From Octopus bimaculoides (taxonomy: Eukaryota): DNA of 35,637 nt. Location of the stretch: contig NC_068983.1 in assembly GCF_001194135.2 (NCBI RefSeq), positions 154,506,144 to 154,541,780 of the forward strand, given 5' to 3'. The first letter of the stretch is position 1, and each line of letters starts with the position of its first letter. Made by a program: the position numbers and the translations under genes. Positions 35,454-35,637 of the stretch are shown here, piece by piece. The notes beneath the pieces are model-generated. The model ran no database searches. It was not told where the DNA came from and was given only the letters and a program-made list of their open reading frames with translations.

Positions 35454-35637
35454 ATATATATATAAATTTTTCTATATGTGATAGTGGATTTTCATCGATG
35501 AGTTCTTGAAAATTGGTTATTTTCCCTAAAACTATATATATTTTATATATACTTTATCTATAAGGCTCAATTTAATTTTATTTTTTTATAAATTGATTTT
35601 AATTGAGTTTTTTACCTGTAATTTTGGATTTTGTCCC

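Noticed and set aside
1-35637. CRISPR arrays, operons, rRNA or tRNA genes
   Set aside because: There are no repeat-spacer arrays or dense coding regions. The tRNA-like sequences are SINE heads attached to SINE bodies.

Overview
This is eukaryotic, AT-rich, microsatellite-saturated genomic DNA with five assembly gaps. The SINE families look like ones I recall from Octopus (an inference from memory, not a search result). I can find no intact protein-coding gene, RNA gene, CRISPR array or prokaryotic system. The supplied ORFs are gap artefacts, microsatellite read-throughs or pieces of dead transposons. Supported content: (1) a decayed Tc1 (DD34E-type) DNA transposon with long IR/DR terminal repeats; (2) three copies of an R4/Dong-like restriction-like-endonuclease (RLE) non-LTR retrotransposon, two of which end at an identical junction into (CATA)n; (3) RTE-like and CR1/L2-like LINE fragments; (4) a mariner-derived MITE; (5) about 15 copies of three tRNA-derived SINE families plus an unclassified retroposon tail. 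The most interesting observations are apparent (CATA)n targeting by the R4-like element, a 3' tail shared between a CR1/L2-like LINE and the commonest SINE, a decayed Penelope-type hammerhead-like motif, and a few phase-compatible short exon candidates on the minus strand, including a 7-nt microexon. I found nothing that I can support as a wholly new biological system.
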